Positions 60,864 through 64,000 of a DNA stretch of 64,000 nt are shown piece by piece. The notes beneath the pieces are model-generated. The model made no database searches. It was not told the DNA's origin and worked only from the letters and a program-made list of their open reading frames with translations. The translations under genes were made by a program, and so were the position numbers. The stretch is from Flectonema sp. DT1601. Lineage: Eukaryota. The DNA lies in the NCBI GenBank assembly GCA_964019425.1, contig OZ025781.1:1240001-1304000 (forward strand), written 5' to 3'. Numbering within the stretch: position 1 is the stretch's first letter; each line of letters opens with the position of its first letter.

Positions 60864-62070
60864 GAGTTGAATTTCCAGGTGAGATTTGGACTGTTAGCTT
60901 TTGGCTAAGGCCCTCCCTGAAGAGCAAGAACAAAAAAACTACTCACACCTGAAGAAAACATACACAAAGAACACACTGTAAGCTGTGCGTGTATTTTGTG
61001 TTTGTCACAACAGGAGAGAAAAGAAAGAATGTCAAGGTTGATCACCTTGCCTATCAACGCACAACATTGGTGGTCTCTACTAGACCCTGAGTGATCCCAC
61101 TGGATCTCTCATCGTTCATAGTACCCTGTGTGAAGTTATAAAATCAAAGGTAAACTATGAACTACAAATGACTTAGCCTGTTATTATAATGCCACAGGCA
61201 GGCCCTGCATTCAGCAACTATCCAGCAGTGCTTGGATGTCCTGATCTTCTTCTAAAAAAAAGAAAGAAAAACAAAACTGTAGCTGGGATCACTCAGGATC
61301 AACAGACTACCAATGCTACCTGTTGTACTTGCTCACTATGGGGGGTGATGCCAAACACCCAGAAGTACTAAACTGCTTTCCTTCTTGCTGCCCAGGAGTT
61401 TCTGACCAGAACTAATAGAAAATAAAAAGTAGATGGGAAACAATAAAAAGTAAAATGGATATAACTGAAGTTAAACAAGACAAATGAAGTAACAGACCAG
61501 AACAGAAAGAGGATTGTAATAGAAGATTACAAATAAAAAAATGCAAGTATCAACACATAATCAAGATACACCAGCAGCTAACAAACAACATAAAATTGAA
61601 GATCAGTTGCCAGAGTATTTCAACCATGGTAGAATACTCGCCCCTCTGGCAGGGATTATCCCAGACTTGTCCTTTAATCTAGTTGGACACCATGGCTTAC
61701 AACCCTTCCAGAGGGAAGCACCATTATGACTTCTATTTTTTTTCTTCAAGAAAATCATAAGGTGGGAACAAAGAAAAATGCTAAGAGGAACCCCCTATTA
61801 ACACCTAAGACATCTAAACTGCAGCCCAGCCTATGCCCAATGCACTAACAGGTCATTCCCTCACACTCAGATCAAAAAATCAAAGTTCAGAGTGCATCTT
61901 AGCGTGAATGAGAGAATTTCCTCCCGCTTATTTTGAACAAAAGGGATAGGAGAAGGGATAGAAAACGAACATAAAAATAAAATTCTAAGTGAGAAACACT
62001 TAGCAGAAACACTTAGCAGCTTTTAAGGAGCTGAAAAGCAAAAAAAAAAATCTAAGTGAGAAACACTTAG
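60864..62070 (-). mobile_element. Family A, ~0.9 unit
   Basis: Fixed end at 60864; stops at CTAAGTGAGAAACACTTAG. Confidence 0.9.
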
Positions 62071-64000
62071 ATTTTTGTGAATGCACCAGAATCGCCAGAC
62101 AGTGCTCATATGTTCTGTTCCAGACGAGGAACCTCCCCACGTGGCATTCAAGACCTCTAATGCGCAGCATTAAAGAAGAACCTGCCACTGCAAGTTTTAT
62201 AAAAGATGGTAAAGAAATCTTCCCTGTAGAAGAAGTCAAAATCCACAAAGTAACAAAACTGAAAACGATCGAAAAGCTCACCATTGAAAGATCGTGGCTT
62301 GAGAAATGTTTTATCTGGCAAACTTGTTACGCATCGGCTCTTTCTATTCTACTTATTGCCAATTATGCCAACTGGTAAATTCAACTCAGTCCTTGTCAGT
62401 TTTGGCATCAAACCTGTAATGGTTTAATCATTACAGGTTATTTACTGAAATATTTGTTCTAAAAGTTGCTAAGTATTTCTCACTTAGAAATTTTTTATTT
62501 TTTTATTTTCAGCTTAATTAGCTACAAATTGTTTCTACTAAGTGTTTCTCACTTAGATTTTTTTTTTGCTTTTCAGCTCCTTAAAAGCTGCTAAGTGTTT
62601 CTGCTAAGTGTTTCTCACTTAGAATTTTATTGTTATGTTCGTTTTCTATCCCCTCTTCTATCCCTTTTGTTCAAAAAAAGCGATGAGAAATTTCTCTCAT
62701 TCATGCTAAGATGCACTCTGAACTTTGATTTTTTGATCTGAGTGTGAGGGAATGACCTGTTAGTGCATTGGACATAAGCTGTACAGCAGTTTAGATGTCT
62801 TAGGTGTTAATAGGGGGTTCCTCTTAGCATTTTCCTTTGTTCCCACCTTATGATTTTCTTGAAGAAAAAAAATAGAAGTCATAATGGTGCTTCCCTCTGG
62901 AAGGGTTGTAAGCCATGGTGTCCAACTAAATTAAAGGACAAGTCTGGGATAATCCCTGCCAGAGGGGCGAGTATTCTACCATGGTTGAAATACTCTGGCA
63001 ACTGATCTTCAATTTTATGTTGTTTGTTAGCTGCTGGTGTAATTTAATCATGTGTTGATACTTGCATTTATTTATTTGTTATCTTTTACTACAATAACTC
63101 TTGCCTATATCTTTTCTTTTTATTCTCTATCTGTTCTGGTCTGTTACTTCATTTGTCTTGTTTAACTTCAGTTATATGCATTTTACTTTTTATTGTTTCC
63201 CATCTACTTTTTATTTTCTGTTAGTTCTGGTCAGAAACTCCTGGGCAGCAAGAAGGAAAGCAGTTTAGTACTTCTGGGTGTTTGGCATCACCCCCCATAG
63301 TGAGCAAGTACAACAGGTAGCATTGGTAGTCTGTTGATCCTGAGTGATCCCAGCTACAGTTTTGTTTTTCTTTCTTTTTTTTAGAAGAAGATCAGGACAT
63401 CCAAGCACTGCTGGATAGTTGCTGAATGCAGGGCCTGCCTGTGGCATTATAATAACAGGCTAAGTCATTTGTAGTTCATAGTTTACCTTTGATTTTATAA
63501 CTTCACACAGGGTACTATGAACGATGAGAGATCCAGTGGGATCACTCAGGGTCTAGTAGAGACCACCAATGTTGTGCGTTGATAGGCAAGGTGACCAACC
63601 TTGACATTCTTTCTTTTCTCTCCTGTTGTGACAAACACAAAATACACACACAGCTTACAGTGTGTTCTTTGTGTATGTTTTCTTCAGGTGTGAGTAGTTT
63701 TTTTGTTCTTGCTCTTCAGGGAGGGCCTTAGCCAAAAGCTAACAGTCCAAATCTCACCTGGTAAATTCAACTCGGGTCTTCCTCCCCGGCCCCTTCTGTT
63801 TTGTTAGATGAGGATGAGCTCACTGGACTCTCCTTGTCATTCTCTTCTATTTCTTCCATCTCTTTCCAGACTCCCCCACCTGAACTCACGTCAACGGGAT
63901 CGCAAACACTCCCTACTGATTTTGCTATGGTGTTAAGATGTCAATCTGACATTGGTTCTCAAACCCCCTTGTACAAAGAAAAAAAAGGAAGATTAAGGCT
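62071..64000 (+). pseudogene. Another 5'-truncated HERO-like copy (end of RLE plus extension), interrupted by family A
   Basis: 62071-62363 matches 56040-56122 + 58401-58607; 63774-64000 matches 58608 onward. Confidence 0.9.
62372..63773 (+). mobile_element. Family A, one unit plus 16-bp terminal direct repeat
   Basis: CTGGTAAATTCAACTC at both ends; empty site ATTGCCAAT|GGGTCTTCC at 58599-58616; 8 extra bases (TATGCCAA) at the 5' junction. Confidence 0.92.

Overview
Eukaryotic nuclear DNA, almost certainly a euglenozoan (diplonemid-like), because a 39-nt spliced-leader sequence is present. The first ~10 kb hold five co-oriented minus-strand protein genes (two coiled-coil hypotheticals, a zinc-ribbon protein, a GT61 glycosyltransferase, a DsbA/FrnE-like oxidoreductase) and a tRNA-Cys. 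The remaining ~54 kb is a nested transposon pile: a HERO-like RT-RLE non-LTR element split by later insertions, a 5'-truncated Penelope-like element (RT plus Josephin-like protease, split by a MITE) inside a dead piggyBac, MULE and possible Sola-like remnants, and several non-coding repeat families (my labels A, C, E, F). The main signals are: (1) families A, C and E have one fixed end and share a covarying terminal RNA hairpin and other covarying modules, suggesting an undescribed group of structured non-autonomous retroelements, one carrying a pseudoknot satellite; (2) a non-circularly permuted hammerhead ribozyme in the Penelope-like 3' UTR; (3) a complete spliced leader encoded in the genome directly before a gene. 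Everything was read by eye; repeat boundaries are approximate unless junction sequences are quoted.
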